From positions 28,768,001 through 28,832,000 of the forward strand of contig NC_092674.1 of the NCBI RefSeq assembly GCF_964355755.1: a DNA stretch of 64,000 nucleotides. The letters are read 5' to 3'. Positions 25,335-38,166 of this stretch are shown here, one piece after another (positions within the stretch are counted from its first letter, which is position 1; each line of letters begins with the position of its first letter). The notes beneath the pieces are model-generated. The model worked only from the letters and a program-made list of their open reading frames with translations. It was not told the origin of the DNA and did not search any database. The stretch is from Antedon mediterranea. Its lineage: Eukaryota > Animalia > Echinodermata. Both the position numbers and the translations under genes were made by a program.

Positions 25335-25651
25335 TTAAAGGTGTCTCCAGAAAAAAATAATTCTTTTTTTTATATGCCATTTTAATGTCACCTAATAGTT
25401 ATCCACGTTGACCAAAAATTGGAACGAAAAAATATGTATTTACATAAAAAAATTTAAAGTAAAAAATAGTCAAATTGGCTACCAGCTAATATATTTTGGT
25501 TTAATTTAACCATTTATTTTGTCATTTTATAAGTGAAAACATTAATTTTTCCTGGGTTTAACTTTATTAAAAATTTCAATATAATCTATTCAAAGTCTGA
25601 TTTTAATAATCTTTATTTTTCATGCTTTTGGGAGACAATATACATCTTTAA
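25335..25651. mobile_element. Kolobok-like MITE copy
   Basis: ttaaaggtgtctcc...gggagacaatatacatctttaa; homologous to 14618-14971. Confidence 0.65.
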
Positions 25652-26178
25652 TTATTAACGAATATAATGGAAATGTTGCACATTATTAATTATTATTTGG
25701 AAAAAAAATTGAAAAGGTTAGGCCAAGAAAGGCCACAATTTAGCTATTCTAAAAAAAATCGGACTTTCGCTGATCAGTTAAGTATTTTCCTGGAGCAGCA
25801 GCTGAATCATGGGGTTATGATTGCATAGTATATACAGGTATTGCAACATACTCGTCAAGACCGCATGGTTTCCAGTTATACCGTACTAAAAACTAAATAA
25901 CATTCGCACATTGATAAGAAGGTGTTACTGTTGCAACCCACTTTTCCCTCAACTATGTTGATTAATGATGTTATCAATATGTTTTAAGTCAGTGCACTAC
26001 TACCGTATAACAGACGGATGAGACAAGGTTTAATTAGTTATAACCTCGATTCTGTTGGGTGAAGCTGCGTGTTAAACATCTTTTTTGCCAAGTTTTTTTA
26101 TCGAGCCATATGCACAAGGATTTTGATACAGTCGAATGCCTTCTTTGGGAAATTCATATTCAGGGATCACCCCTGTTA

Positions 26179-26451
26179 AAGCGTGGTTCCCACTAGAACG
26201 CGGCGCAGCGACGTATCGACGCAAAGTGATGTATTGCGTAATCACAAGTGGGAACCGACGACGCAATAGTGCTGCAAACATTGCAGGTTTGATTTCACGC
26301 AGGCGGGGGCAAACACAATTATTAGAAGGGCATTTGCTTACGTTGCGTAGATTGCGTCGCTAGTGGGAACCACGCTTAAAATGTTTGCAGCACTTTGAGT
26401 CAATACGTCGTAGCGTTGCGTTACATTGCGTCTCTAGTGGGAACTACGCTT
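26179..26451. mobile_element. H1 MITE (26179-26377) plus an adjacent partial copy (26381-26451)
   Basis: Perfect TIR aagcgtggttcccactag ... ctagtgggaaccacgctt; opposite orientation to the 25041 copy. Confidence 0.8.
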
Positions 26452-26560
26452 GAACCAACGGCTATAACTCGATTCTGGTGTGCATCGTGTTTCGACCAAT
26501 CACAATCGAAAATTTGGATGCTATATCGCACGTGACTGGCCATAATACTTGAATTGCGTT

Positions 26561-26855
26561 AAGCTTGGTTTTCACTAGAGACGCAACGCAAGGACGTAGA
26601 TGCAACGCAAGAGAGTTGACCAATGAAAAGTAACAGTTCGAATAATCCATCGCTTGTGATTGGTCGAATCATTTACGTTGCGTTACGTACTTATGTTGCG
26701 TCTGTAGTCAGAATCAATTATACGTACTTGCCATGCGTTTATTTGTACTTGCGTTGTGCTTATACGTACTTGCGTCGCGTTTATAAGTACTTGCGTCGCG
26801 CTTATACGTACTTGCGTTACGCTTATTCGTACTTGCGTTGCGTAAACGAAGCCTT
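26561..26855. mobile_element. H1-related MITE with internal 21-bp tandem repeat (ttatacgtacttgcgtcgcgc)
   Basis: Left end aagcttggttttcactagagacgcaacg; ~6 repeat units at 26718-26842; divergent right end cgtaaacgaagcctta. Confidence 0.65.
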
Positions 26856-27522
26856 AAGCGCCAGATGCAGCAGCACCAGGCGAGTACCAATCCAGGACCT
26901 TTGTTTACATTAGTGGTGATACTAAGACCATTAGTAATCTATTTTTGATAAATGAAACCACTTTTTTTGTTATAATTAATTTCATGATTCTAACAGATTC
27001 TAAAAAAAATCTAAAATAGAAAGTTTAAAAGATTAACAAAAGACTTAACTCTTCTTAATATTTCTGATAAATTACCTGATAAACTTACCACAATAGCTGA
27101 ATCATAATACCTAGGGCAACAGCATGGCGACAAGTTTATACCGCGTGGGCGTACCATATCTGGTCTTTTATAAAGTACACGTACGCGCCCGGTAGACAAT
27201 TGACAAGTCTAATTTTATTCCTTCTAGAATGTTGTGTATTGTTATATAATCATTTTTATCTCGAGAGAAGAGTTGAAATTCAAGTAAATCATTTAATCAA
27301 CAGTTAAAATTATTACTAACTATTTTAGTTTACCCTGTGTAAAATACCAAAAAAATACCGGACGATACAAAATAAAAGTATACGATATATATATATTTAT
27401 GTTTAATGGGAGTGGTTGGATCTCAATTATTGCAACACCTGGATGCAATTCAGATAAGCAAAGTTGTAAAAAGAAACCAAACATTACAGTGATTTAGGGA
27501 AAGTACCTGGAAATATCAAGAT

Positions 27523-27795
27523 TAAGGTAATGTCCCCCAAAATCATGAAAAAAGAAGATTATAAAACCACTTTTAGTAGCCCGTTTTGCAGTTTTAGGTA
27601 AAAACAAAAATAATGATTTAATATAGAAAGACAAAATAAACAGTTAAATTTAACCAAAAACCCATTTTCTGATTATTTTTTCCTTTGATACAATTTTTCA
27701 GGTAAATAATTTTTACCGATCCAATTTTTGGTGCAAGTGATTTGCGTAAAAAAAAAATGGGCATATTCAAGAAAACAAACATTTTTTTCAGGTGA
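27523..27795. mobile_element. Degenerate Kolobok-like MITE copy
   Basis: ttaaggtaatgtcccccaaaatcatg...gacaaaataaacagttaaatttaaccaaaaa; reverse homologue of 14618-14971. Confidence 0.55.
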
Positions 27796-27922
27796 TAGGC
27801 CTATATTTTAATATTGACAAACCAAAAATGAAAAAAAAAAAACCACAAATAAATAGAATTAAAATAGCAAATTAACTCTAGTGAACAAATTAATTTATAT
27901 TAATATTAAATTTATTCACTGA

Positions 27923-28688
27923 ACAAGTGATAAAATTGTTCAGTGTCACGGCAAATTCCGTAATACAGCGTACATGTGCATCACATATGGTGATTGTATC
28001 ATGTAAGGCACAGGCGTTACATGAATTGGTATTCCGACAAATTTAGATCATTGCGTTAATCGAATGATTCGTTTTTACTAAATACAAACTTGAGGGAGGG
28101 GACGTGAAACAAATTTTATTTGGTGGAGTATAGCTTTGCGTCAAGGAGTTGAGTAATTGGTCAGATGTTTTGCCCTTCTGTGACGTAATTTGTACTTTAT
28201 ACTAAGTACATTTGAGAATACTTGCGAAAAAATTCGCAAGTAGTTCTCGGGTGGGACTATTTTATTTGCATAAACAAAGAAAGACATAGTGATAAGTTCG
28301 TCAAAATGTCAATCAAATGAGACATTCGTGTTGTGTAATATTTACTTACTAATTATTTACATTTAATTCTCTGCTAAGTATATATTACCTATGTACATCA
28401 CTTCCGATTGAACTTGAAAGATAACAAGTTTGTTTAAACAAGTTTTATTATCAAGATAACATTGATGATATTCAAATCAAAATCAAATCTGTATTTCAAC
28501 CGATTCTCATTGCTGCATTCTCCACAAGTGATAAAATTGTTCAGTGTCACAGCAAATTCCGTAATACAGCGTACATGTGCATCACATATGGTGATTGTAT
28601 CATGTAAGGCACAGGCGTTACATGAATTGGTATTCCGACAAATTTAGATCATTGCGTTAATCGAATGATTCGTTTTTACTAAATACAA
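27923..28688 (+). repeat. 165-bp near-identical direct repeats (27923-28087 and 28524-28688)
   Basis: acaagtgataaaattgttcagtgtcac...tttttactaaatacaa occurs twice, one mismatch seen. Confidence 0.92.
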
Positions 28689-28705
28689 GGAATAAACGAA
28701 ATTCG

Positions 28706-29518
28706 TTGGTAGTTGTCCCGGTGGTAATTGTCCGAGTGGTAATTGTCCCGGTGGTAGTTGTCCGAGTGGTAATTGTCCCGGTGGTATAGTTGTCCGAGTG
28801 GTAATTGTTCCGGTGGTAGTTGTCCTGGTGGTAATTGTTCCGGTGGTAATTTTCCCGGTGGTAGTTGTCCGAGTGGTAGTTGTCCGGGTGGTAATTGTGT
28901 CCCGATGGTAGTTGTTCAAGTGGTAATTGTCCCGGTGGTAGTTATCCGAGTGGTACCGGTCCCGGTGGTAGTTATCCGAGGGGTACCGGTCCCGGTGGTA
29001 TTTGTCCGAGTGGTTGTCCGAGTGGTAGTTGTCTGAGTGGTAATTGTCCCGGTGGTAGTTATCCGAGTGGTACCGGTCGCGGTGGTATTTGCCCGAGTGG
29101 TTGTCCGAGTGGTAGTTGTCCGGGTGGTAATTGTGTCCCGATGGTAGTTGTTCAAGTGGTAATTGTCCCGGTGGTAGTTATCCGAGTGGTACCGGTCCCG
29201 GTGGTAGTTATCCGAGTGGTACCGGTCCCGGTGGTATTTATCCGAGTGGTTGTCCGAGTGGTTGTCCGAGTGGTAGTTGTCTGAGTGGTAATTGTCCCGG
29301 TGGTAGTTATCCGAGTGGTACCGGTCGCGGCGGTATTTGCCCGAGTGGTTGTCCGAGTGGTAGTTGTCTGAGTGGTAATTGTCCCGATAGTAGTTGTCCG
29401 AGTGGTAGGCCTAATTGTCCCGGTGAAAGTTGTCCGAGTGGTAATTGTCCGGGTGGTAATTGTGTCCCGATGGTAGTTGTTCGAGTGGTAATTGTCATGG
29501 GGAGTAGTTGCGGATACG
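28706..29518 (+). repeat. GC-rich 15-bp-unit minisatellite (ggtagttgtccgagt / ggtaattgtcccggt) with higher-order repeats; likely a non-autonomous DNA transposon arm
   Basis: ~50 variant units, ending ggggagtagttgcggatacg; source of the low-complexity Cys/Pro/Gly and Thr-rich ORFs. Confidence 0.9.
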
Positions 29519-30292
29519 ATTGAAATAATATACACCTAAATGTTAAATACTTAATTACTGTAAATAATAATTTCAGTTCAGAATAGTTTTCAAAAATATT
29601 TATATATAGGCCTATGTATGTTTTATATATAAACATGTTGGGTGGTAGTATTTCCTAAAATATGTTTTATTTGACAGGAACAAACATTAATACTCCATTT
29701 GAATCAATTCGTGAAGACATTACAGGAACAAACATTGTATAATCGGAAGTTATGACATTGTTAGCCACGTTTTAGCCCTATACCATGTATATCTGTTTAC
29801 CGTTACCAGGATACAAGCGTCATGTTGCGCGTGGGAGTTTCGACTTACACACTCTTCCGGGCTAATTCGTGTTGTCGGTAAAATCTAAGAGAATATTTCT
29901 ATAGTAATAACTGAAAAATAATTGTTTAAATAAAAAGATATTGTGTATGACGTCATAGAGTAACAGGAGGGGTCACGTGTAGTATTAGCCATTCATGATG
30001 ATAGACAGTCGTTGTTTACTTTAGGTATTGTGAATTAAAACGTCATCAGTTTCTAAAATATCAATACAAGTCTCGTTATGATGATAATATGATAATATGT
30101 TACGTGTAGTTTGGCTCGTTTACATTTATCGGATATTTGTGTAACTTAAACATACAAAAAAGTGATCTGATAGATTGTTCGGGTATTCGGGTATTCCATA
30201 TTCAAATTTTTCAAATTAAGCCTGACATTTTATTGTAACGAATTGTGGTATGCTGTTAATGATAATAATTAATAACTCATTATATAACAATA

Positions 30293-30420
30293 AAGCTCTG
30301 TCTACACTATAAAACTTTATGTGATGTGATGTGAAAAAATGTGATGTGCCCATATATGGACATGATATTGTCATCACTACCATATTTTGGCACATCACAT
30401 GTGTTGTCACATGACACCAA
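30293..30420. mobile_element. Partial Harbinger-like MITE, family H2
   Basis: aagctctgtctacactat...catatatggacatgat...cactaccatatttt-ggcacatcaca; homologous to 45342-45479. Confidence 0.7.
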
Positions 30421-30643
30421 CTCAGTTGACCCATGATAAATACGAATTAGCAAGTCATATTTTCGACAAACATTGTAAAATATTTCTGACCATGGCATGG
30501 AACACACCAAATGATATATATAATAGGCCTACAATTCCTTCTCAAACTTAATTTATACATTCTCTTAGTTTTTCTCATTTTTCTCAGTTTACTTAATTTT
30601 TTTTGGTGTACTTTGTTCTTATGTCTAATTTGGTTTTTTTTGG

Positions 30644-30674
<31 letters not shown>

Positions 30675-31266
30675 TATCTATTATTTACTGTAAACTTGTT
30701 GCACATCTCATTGAGACTTTGCCTCTGATTTAAAAGAGATGCAATAAATAAGTTCGCCAACACGTGTTTGTGTCAATAGATTGTCAATTTGTAATTGTAG
30801 GATTTGTACTAAAGGTTGTATTTGCGTTCAATTGGGATCAAGCTTTAGGAGATGTTCGCTCAACTCGTAATTGTACAGAACGTGATAGTAGATAAAGTAG
30901 ATTTACCCTCTTTTAACGCCATGGATTACCGTACGCCTTGCGTTAAATAATAGCAAACCTAACGCCATGAGTTGAACATACCCTATCTATCTTACGTTTT
31001 TCACACCCGTTTTGAACGTAATCCGGAATGTGCTGGTGTCAACGATTCAATTTTTAATTCAACTTCTACGATTTTTTTTATCCGGCCACCGGACTAGAAT
31101 TTGGGCACGGTGTGAACGTGGCTTTGAGGAGAAATTGAATGTCTTCTATTAATAGGGGCTCTACGATATTTGTTATGGGATACGGGGGACCTGAACGAAA
31201 TTACATGACAATCGGGAACGGTGATGCGAGTATTTCTCATATTTTTAGGTCATAGTACGGTAGTAA

Positions 31267-31470
31267 AAGCGTGGTTCCCACTAGAACGCAACGCAACGTA
31301 GTCACGTATCGACGCAATGGGCTGTATTGCGTAATCACAAGTGGGAACCGACGACGCAATAGTGCTGCAAAATCACAGGTTTGATTTCACGCAGGCGGGG
31401 GCAAACACAATTATTGGAAGGGCATTTGCTTACGTTGTGTAACGTTGCGTCACTAGTGAGAACCAAGCTT
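31267..31470. mobile_element. H1 MITE
   Basis: aagcgtggttcccactag ... ctagtgagaaccaagctt; near identical to 26179-26377. Confidence 0.8.
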
Positions 31471-31914
31471 TACCTCCAACTTGATAGACATTAATTCTCC
31501 CATGTTATACCAACACGTGTAAAAGCATTTCATTACAAGATCTTCTGATTAGAAATTAGAAAACATAAATATTAAAAACAAGGAAATTAAGAGGAGGAAC
31601 TTTACACTTTCAGATGAACAGGTTTAGAAACGCTAATGCCTGATTTTTATCTAAATGATGAAAAAGTACATTACACTAATCTGTCTGTATATCATAAATG
31701 TAAACCTTTCCTCAATCGAACCTTAAAAATCACGACCCCAGCAAATGGTGTTTTCGTTTCCAATGAAAATCATTTGTAAACCTGGATGTGTCTGGGTCGG
31801 TATCGTTTAAGTCTGGAAAGTGTATTATAAGGCCTAGACAAGATAACCTGGGCCTAATTGGCAGCAGCAAAGGAGTATAGTTACCGAAACGGTGACGAGG
31901 AGGGTGAAATTATA

Positions 31915-32087
31915 AAGCTTGGTTCCCACTTGCGACGCAACGTAACGCAATCTACGCAACGTAAGCCCTTCTAATAATTGTGTTTGCCCCCGCCTGCGTG
32001 AAATCAAACCTGCGTTGTTTGCAGCACTATTGCGTCGTCGGTTCCCACTTCTGATTACGCCGTTGCGTTCTAGTGAGAACCACACTT
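31915..32087. mobile_element. H1 MITE, inverted relative to 31267-31470
   Basis: aagcttggttcccactt ... ctagtgagaaccacactt. Confidence 0.78.
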
Positions 32088-33030
32088 TAAAGAAAGTTGG
32101 CCCGGTGGTTTATGGTCATTACATTTTATATAGTATAAGTATGTGTAGCATATAGACTGAACTTTGGTGTAATGAGTGCTCTTCGGCTAATTATGGATTT
32201 TATAAATTACGGCGCCTCTTGGATAGGCCACATCCGTCCATGTACATACAACTGTTGAAGTGACCAATCCAAGAGTCATTTCGTCGTTCAGGGGACTAAT
32301 GTCAAATTGTGTGCTAGGTAGCAATCGTGTCTGCAATACAAATTTACGTCAATTGACGAATAAGAGGGTTAAAACACACAAATTGCTCACACTATTATTT
32401 ACACAGTTTAAAAGGTTGAGTAATTGCGAACAATGTGCTCTAAGTTCAAGGTAAATTTACGCACGAATATTATTACTTGGCTGATTTGTGATCAAAAAGG
32501 TTTAAATAAACAAAACAGATATTATGAATAGAGCAGCATAATCTACAATTATATTTTTAGTTCTATAAATATGGATATAATAACGATCAGCCTATCGTAC
32601 CGTATTTGATATCCGACATATCAGTTCATACCACCACCACAGTAGGTCCCCCTCCTTAAGATCATACCCTGATAAGGACACTGATAAGCAAGGGGAAGGA
32701 GTCGCCCGTTTAAAGTGTCTTTCACAAATCTTCCGGTCCGGCCGGTACGGTTCCGGTCCGGCGGTGAAAGATCCTTAGCACAACCAACCCTCATCATTAT
32801 ATAGTTAAGTCTCCATGTTAATACAATCAAGATTCAATAAAATGACCCATTCATAGGGTTTCCCCGTCTTAAATAACGGTTTTAGTGTATATATTTTCTC
32901 CAGTTCGTTTATCGGAAAATCCCTTCCGATGTGTCTCCTGAATAGGGTTGTCCTATAGAGGAGGGGTTCCAATATTGTATGACACGCATTGGGCGATACG
33001 CACTCATTTTCATGAACACAAAATGACATA

Positions 33031-33161
33031 CCATAAATCTCCTAATAGTAACCCACACTCTAATAGTAACTCACACTCTAATAGTAACCCCCCTTCTAAT
33101 AGTAACCCACCCTAAAAAACAATCAAAGAATAATAACCCAGGGTTACAATTAGATTTACGG
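33031..33161. mobile_element. Short Tc1/pogo-type MITE with 4 internal ctaatagtaacc repeats
   Basis: ta|ccataaatct ... agatttacgg ends. Confidence 0.55.
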
Positions 33162-33899
33162 TGGTGACAATGTAGTGTATAGAATATGATTAGGAATAGG
33201 CCTATGGAAACTGTCCCATTTGCCTATATACGGGGCCTCTTCAATTAGCAGTGCGTATAAAACAAGTCCGACTCGTCGTGTGGAAATTTCCTGGTTGACC
33301 CTGTTATCTTTCATTATGATGTACGGTGGCCCTGTTATGGTGTGCGTGACAGTTGTGGGCCACCGTAATGATGGGTATCACTCCTCCGTCATATTATGTC
33401 TACAGCTAGATGTTATATATAGAAAAGATTTCTCAACACACTTGTGTTTCAGAGAAACAGGGAGAGATAATTATACGAATACTGTTTACGACAGAATAGA
33501 CTAGTATAAAAAATTAATAGGTTGCGATCAAGCAAACTTACGATTAAAAAAATGGATTTGTTTCTAAAAGATAATTGACTTTATTAATTTTCTTTTAATA
33601 GTAATTTAAATATTTGAACTCAGATCATGATCTTTGAATTGCGCGTATATACGAAACTATCGTACTTTGATTAACGTGTGAACACGAATGTAAAACAAGC
33701 GGTACCGTAGTTTATGGGGTCTCGAAACTAATATGAACGAACTAAACATTTATATTTTTTATTCAGTTAATAAAAAAAAATCAAATATTTGATTATTACG
33801 ATATGTGAAACTGCGATTACCATTTTAACAAGCAATAACGAAAAGTACGCCACATAAAGACAAACAATATTATTGCCAATATGTCTATGCCTGATAAAA

Positions 33900-34200
33900 A
33901 TTCATTATGCGGAACTTCCGTTATTTGATTGGTTGACATGTATCTTAGTGCGTGCCAGATAGACACGCGCACACTTGCGTACAAACAAAATTATATCGAT
34001 ATATCTTCTCAATACAACAAATTTCATGCTCTGCGCAGGTATCTTCCAAAAAGTGGAAGCAAACTTCCTATAACAATTGGACCACCAATCACAACCGGCG
34101 TTATCGGTATAGAATGGGGCGGAGCCTCTGGTGATTGATGAAGTTTGGGACAATATTCAGCACCTGCAGTAATAACACGGTCCGACAGTTTCAGAATTTG
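33900..34200 (+). promoter_or_regulatory. Putative KLF5 promoter (CCAAT boxes, GC box, ETS-like sites)
   Basis: gattgg ~33927, attgg 34076, ccaatc 34085, ggggcggagc 34116-34125, cggaacttccg ~33911; locally CpG-rich, 140-350 bp upstream of the ATG. Confidence 0.6.
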
Positions 34201-34263
34201 ATTCGGTAGTGTGGTGTTGAGGAAGACGGTCGACTTGCCCTGGGACTGTACCTGAACAAAACA

Positions 34264-34428
34264 ATGGTAGTACGATCTTTACCACAAGAAGGGATGTTGA
34301 TATTAAACCAAGACGACAAACTAGATTATATGAATGTTGACGATGGATTTCTACCCCAATGCAATCCAGACTATAATGTGATTTTCCCGCCGAGTCCATT
34401 TGACGAGGACGACGAAGATATGCAACAG
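34264..34428 (+). CDS. KLF5: KLF5 coding exon 1 (MVVRSLPQEGMLILNQDDKLDYMNVDDGFLPQCNPDYNVIFPPSPFDEDDEDMQQ)
   Basis: aaacaATGG context, 55 open codons, CAG|gtaagc donor, phase 0 matching exon 2. The junction MQQ|TIFEFDKYL parallels vertebrate KLF5 LVQ|TRCEMEKYL. In-frame downstream ATGs at 34294 and 34330. Confidence 0.75.
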
Positions 34429-34994
34429 GTAAGCAAGCGGTAAACATCAAAAGGTTGACGTAACAGATGAAACACTCTGTCAAAAAAAAAACTATACGGT
34501 ACAGGTCTATTAAATTATAATGTTTAGCATAGTTTATTATTTCAATATTATATATACGAAAATAAGTGTTTTTAATTTGTATAATTTATTATTAGTAAAA
34601 TGCTGCAAAACACCTATAATAAGATGCCGATGATATGTACGTCGAAACGTATGCGTTGATTATAATACTTTTACTATCACAATGTATGTTTGTTTGTTTA
34701 GGATAGTACTACTATAAGATGACTATAGTAAACTGTCGAAATCAGTACACGGCGGTCGTGTAGGAGGCATGTTTACAATACACGGATGTACAGTGAAGGC
34801 CAAAATAAATCAATTGGTTACTATGTACGTTTATGTACAGGTTGTAAAGCAGGACTTTATTGTTTTGCGTGGTAACATTTTAATGTGTTCATTTTTAATA
34901 TAGCGATTTGAGGGTCACGTGTTCTATGTTCGCTATGCAAATTACTGTAGTTTTCGTAAACTATTTCAATTTTACATTGTTGTTATGTTAGTAT

Positions 34995-35170
34995 AGTGGA
35001 ATAACCTTCCAATAGATTTTAAACATTCACCAATTACAATTGCTTCTTTTAAGCTAGATATAGATCTCATTCTTTTCATAAAACTATTTATGACATGTAT
35101 TTCAATTTTCGTATCTCAGACAGGACCACAATGTAAAACAGATTGTAAAGTCCATGTTGTTGAATAAATA
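34995..35170 (+). mobile_element. Degenerate LINE 3' end in KLF5 intron 1
   Basis: WNNLP-like coding (tggaataaccttcca) and caggaccacaa motif, homologous to 10590-10802. Confidence 0.55.
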
Positions 35171-36430
35171 GTATGCTTTACAGTTAAATCACGTAGAACT
35201 ATTAATTAATATAAATTTATAAAAATTGTGAATTCCAGTAAAATATCAATTTAATCTTGACATCATTGCTGGTACTTTATGATTGACTGAACTAAAACTA
35301 AGTATATAATAGGTCTAGTATAGTCAGAGGACCCTTATTTGGCTCCAAAGTAGTCCCATTCATAGAGGTTATACTATTATGTACTATGTTTCCCTCTGTT
35401 TTGTTGAAAAGGTATTTATTGAATCAATTCAAGTTTAAAAAGTCAATCTGGAGGGCCGGATTAATGTCACCCGAATGCCTTAACTATCTTTAATCCTCTG
35501 ATGTATTATTGGTGTTTTCTTAACTAGGGGCGCGTTAATAACTGACCAGTGTCTGTACAAAAGTAGGCTAGCTACGGTGGTCTATCTGTTCGTTGTCCAA
35601 ATCTGACAACCATTGACTACGGCTAATTAAAGCGATTACCAGAACAACTATTCTTTATCACTTAATCTGCCGTTTTAATTAAGTTACAAAAGGTCGCCGT
35701 CCTATTAATGTTCTCATCTTCTTAGAAATCACCTGATGAAATAACTTGACATCATCTGGGTTTATAGTTGGCTGACTAGGGACCTGGCTAAAATCCAGCA
35801 TTTTTATTGGCCGTGTCTCTATCCAAATCACAATCGTTTTGTTCCATGTTCCCGACAATTGGGAGGTCTGAACGGGCCCTTAGTAACGCTTGACAAATTC
35901 GCGATAGATCTCTTATTGCGTTATGACGTCACAATTTTTTCACACATTCTTTAATTCTTCATTTTCATATATCTTGTGGCGATTCATTAATCTTGATTAT
36001 TTGCATCAGTACCTGTTATAAAATGCTTCTGTTTTGACTGTCAACACAATACGTACCTACATAAATCGTTTGCTTGCCGTAGGGACAAGTTTAATTCAAC
36101 TTGAAATTCTATACATGAAATAGTGCCGTTGTAGGTCGACAAGGGGTCACGATAAAATACTATTTACCTTAGAGGGGTTACGATAATTATTAAATGATTT
36201 TTCAAGCTATATTATTTTTTAAACACGGGTAGGAGTTGGTTTAGTGGGATTTAAATTGCCAAAATTGAGTTAGCTTTCTATAATTGCAAAAACTGTTTTT
36301 ACCAGGGTGGTTCTATTAATAATTTATATACTTTTATAGACTCAGGTTAAATTTTAATACCGACATTTCGGCACATCGACTTGAGCATTCAAGCGATATT
36401 GCTTTTTAGTTAAGTTAAGTTCCAGGGAAA

Positions 36431-36700
36431 GTGTTCATGTTGTAATATAAATATTCTTTTAAAATGAAAACTTTAAAAACACACGCATTGTTTGAAATGT
36501 TATTAACAAGTTTTTAATAAACCAACAGACCTATTCATAAATAACTTTTATAAAATATTTGTTTTCCCAGTTCGTGTTCATGTTGTAATAATAAGGATTC
36601 TTTAAATGAAAACTTTAAAAACACACAAATTGTTTAAAAAGTGTTTAACCCCATAGACCTATTCATAATTAACTTTCTAAAATATTTGTTTTCCCAGTTC
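36431..36700 (+). repeat. ~140-bp diverged tandem duplication in KLF5 intron 1
   Basis: gtgttcatgttgtaata...aaatatttgttttcccagttcg occurs twice. Confidence 0.8.
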
Positions 36701-37758
36701 GATAGGCTTTCTGTCTCTTCCTATTTAATTGTTAAAGGTTTGCATTCTGTATACTATGTATACAGTACTATGGATGGCCCGTAAGAGATCAGTAATATTG
36801 TCAGAAGAGTGACTGCTAGGGATCGTCATAGACAAAAGCCAATAGATCAACAAAATTAAATGAGGGCATATAGATAATGAAAGGCTTAGCACTTGACCTG
36901 AACGCCTCTATCTCTACTGACAGTTTGTTTGTTTCATTAAACCTGTTATTCTTTTCGTTTGCTCTTTGAAGCGATAACCCGATCATCAACTCCACATTTT
37001 GGTGATGCGTTAAAAATGTTTACGCGCACTAGATTTATAGTTTCGAAAACAAAAGTGATCATAATTGCAATATCCATATAGAAAAAATGAATGCCTAATT
37101 TACAATTATTGTTTCATAATACCTAGTATTGTTAATTGCCACATAAAACGTGAGAGATTATATCGTGGGAATCGTATGTTACATGCATAGCAAATTGTCG
37201 AAATATAACACGTTAGCATTCATATTTCTTAAACTATAAATTAAACTTTCTTAAATACAGGTTACACAAAAGTACCCTTTTTTCAATTCCCCTTATTTCA
37301 ATTTGAATGCTAAGAATGTTGTAAGTATCGTCACCGACATGAACCTTAATATTGAAGGTATAATTTACTGCTAATGTTGTTGCCGATAAAAATCATCAAC
37401 CTAGCCATACCGCCCTAAAAACAAGGGGTTAACTTACTCCCCAGACAAGATGTATTGCGCCATGGGAGCTGACCCCCTTTACCCTTAAGTAGGAAAACAG
37501 TTATGGTATCTGTGCGAGGTAGAGATAAACTGGGTCTTAACAAAATTGATGCGTTTAACATAGATTCCGCCTTTTCTGTCAATAAAGGATAAAAGGTAGA
37601 TTTGAATAGAAATGGTATCAAGTTATCAGGTGAAATGTTGCAGCGCTGTCACAAACCATGATATGAGATAGGTATAGTTTAGGTTGTAGACTCCACTTAA
37701 TATTGGTAAAATATATAAACATTTTGGCACAAATGGCGTTTAATACTTAGGCTGGAAG

Positions 37759-37824
37759 ACAACAAGGTCATAAACATGGCTGCAGTCGCGTGCTCAAGTT
37801 AGTGTTTACCGACTAACCGACCGA
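37759..37824 (-). mobile_element. Partial DINE-1/Helentron-associated-like element
   Basis: acaacaagg...agtcgcgtgctcaagttagtgtttaccgac matches 13575-13640. Confidence 0.7.
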
Positions 37825-38166
37825 ATGTAGGCCTAAAAATAAAAACTCGACTTATAATAACAACATAATCAGACATAATAAGTTATAATAGGAGCGAGAA
37901 GAGATATTTTTTGGTAGACTTCCCCAATAAAACCCTTCTTCGGTATATTGCACCGTAGTACAGGTGTAAAACCTATTATATTATGACTTTTTGAAGGAAG
38001 TTCAAGTTACATGATCGCTATCTACCATCAGGTGTTTGACAATGATCAGACCAGACAACAAGAAGAACAGTATACATTTAAAACAGTGCACCAAAGTTGC
38101 ACCAATTCAGCATTCATTAATAATTCTTTTAACTTTATACAGTATCAACATTTTTTCTTCTTTCAG

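Noticed and set aside
28644-29636. Cys/Pro/Gly-rich, Thr-rich mucin-like or collagen-like ORFs
   Set aside because: Open frames on both strands arise from a 15-bp repeat with frameshifting units; no splice or signal-peptide support
34622-34655. Hammerhead-like ccgatga...gaaacgta in KLF5 intron 1
   Set aside because: Core is CCGATGA, not CTGATGA, and stems I and II are unconvincing
38011-38166. N-terminal part of the 304-aa ORF as the KLF5 start
   Set aside because: Runs through a polypyrimidine tract and acceptor at 38166; a better exon 1 exists at 34264-34428
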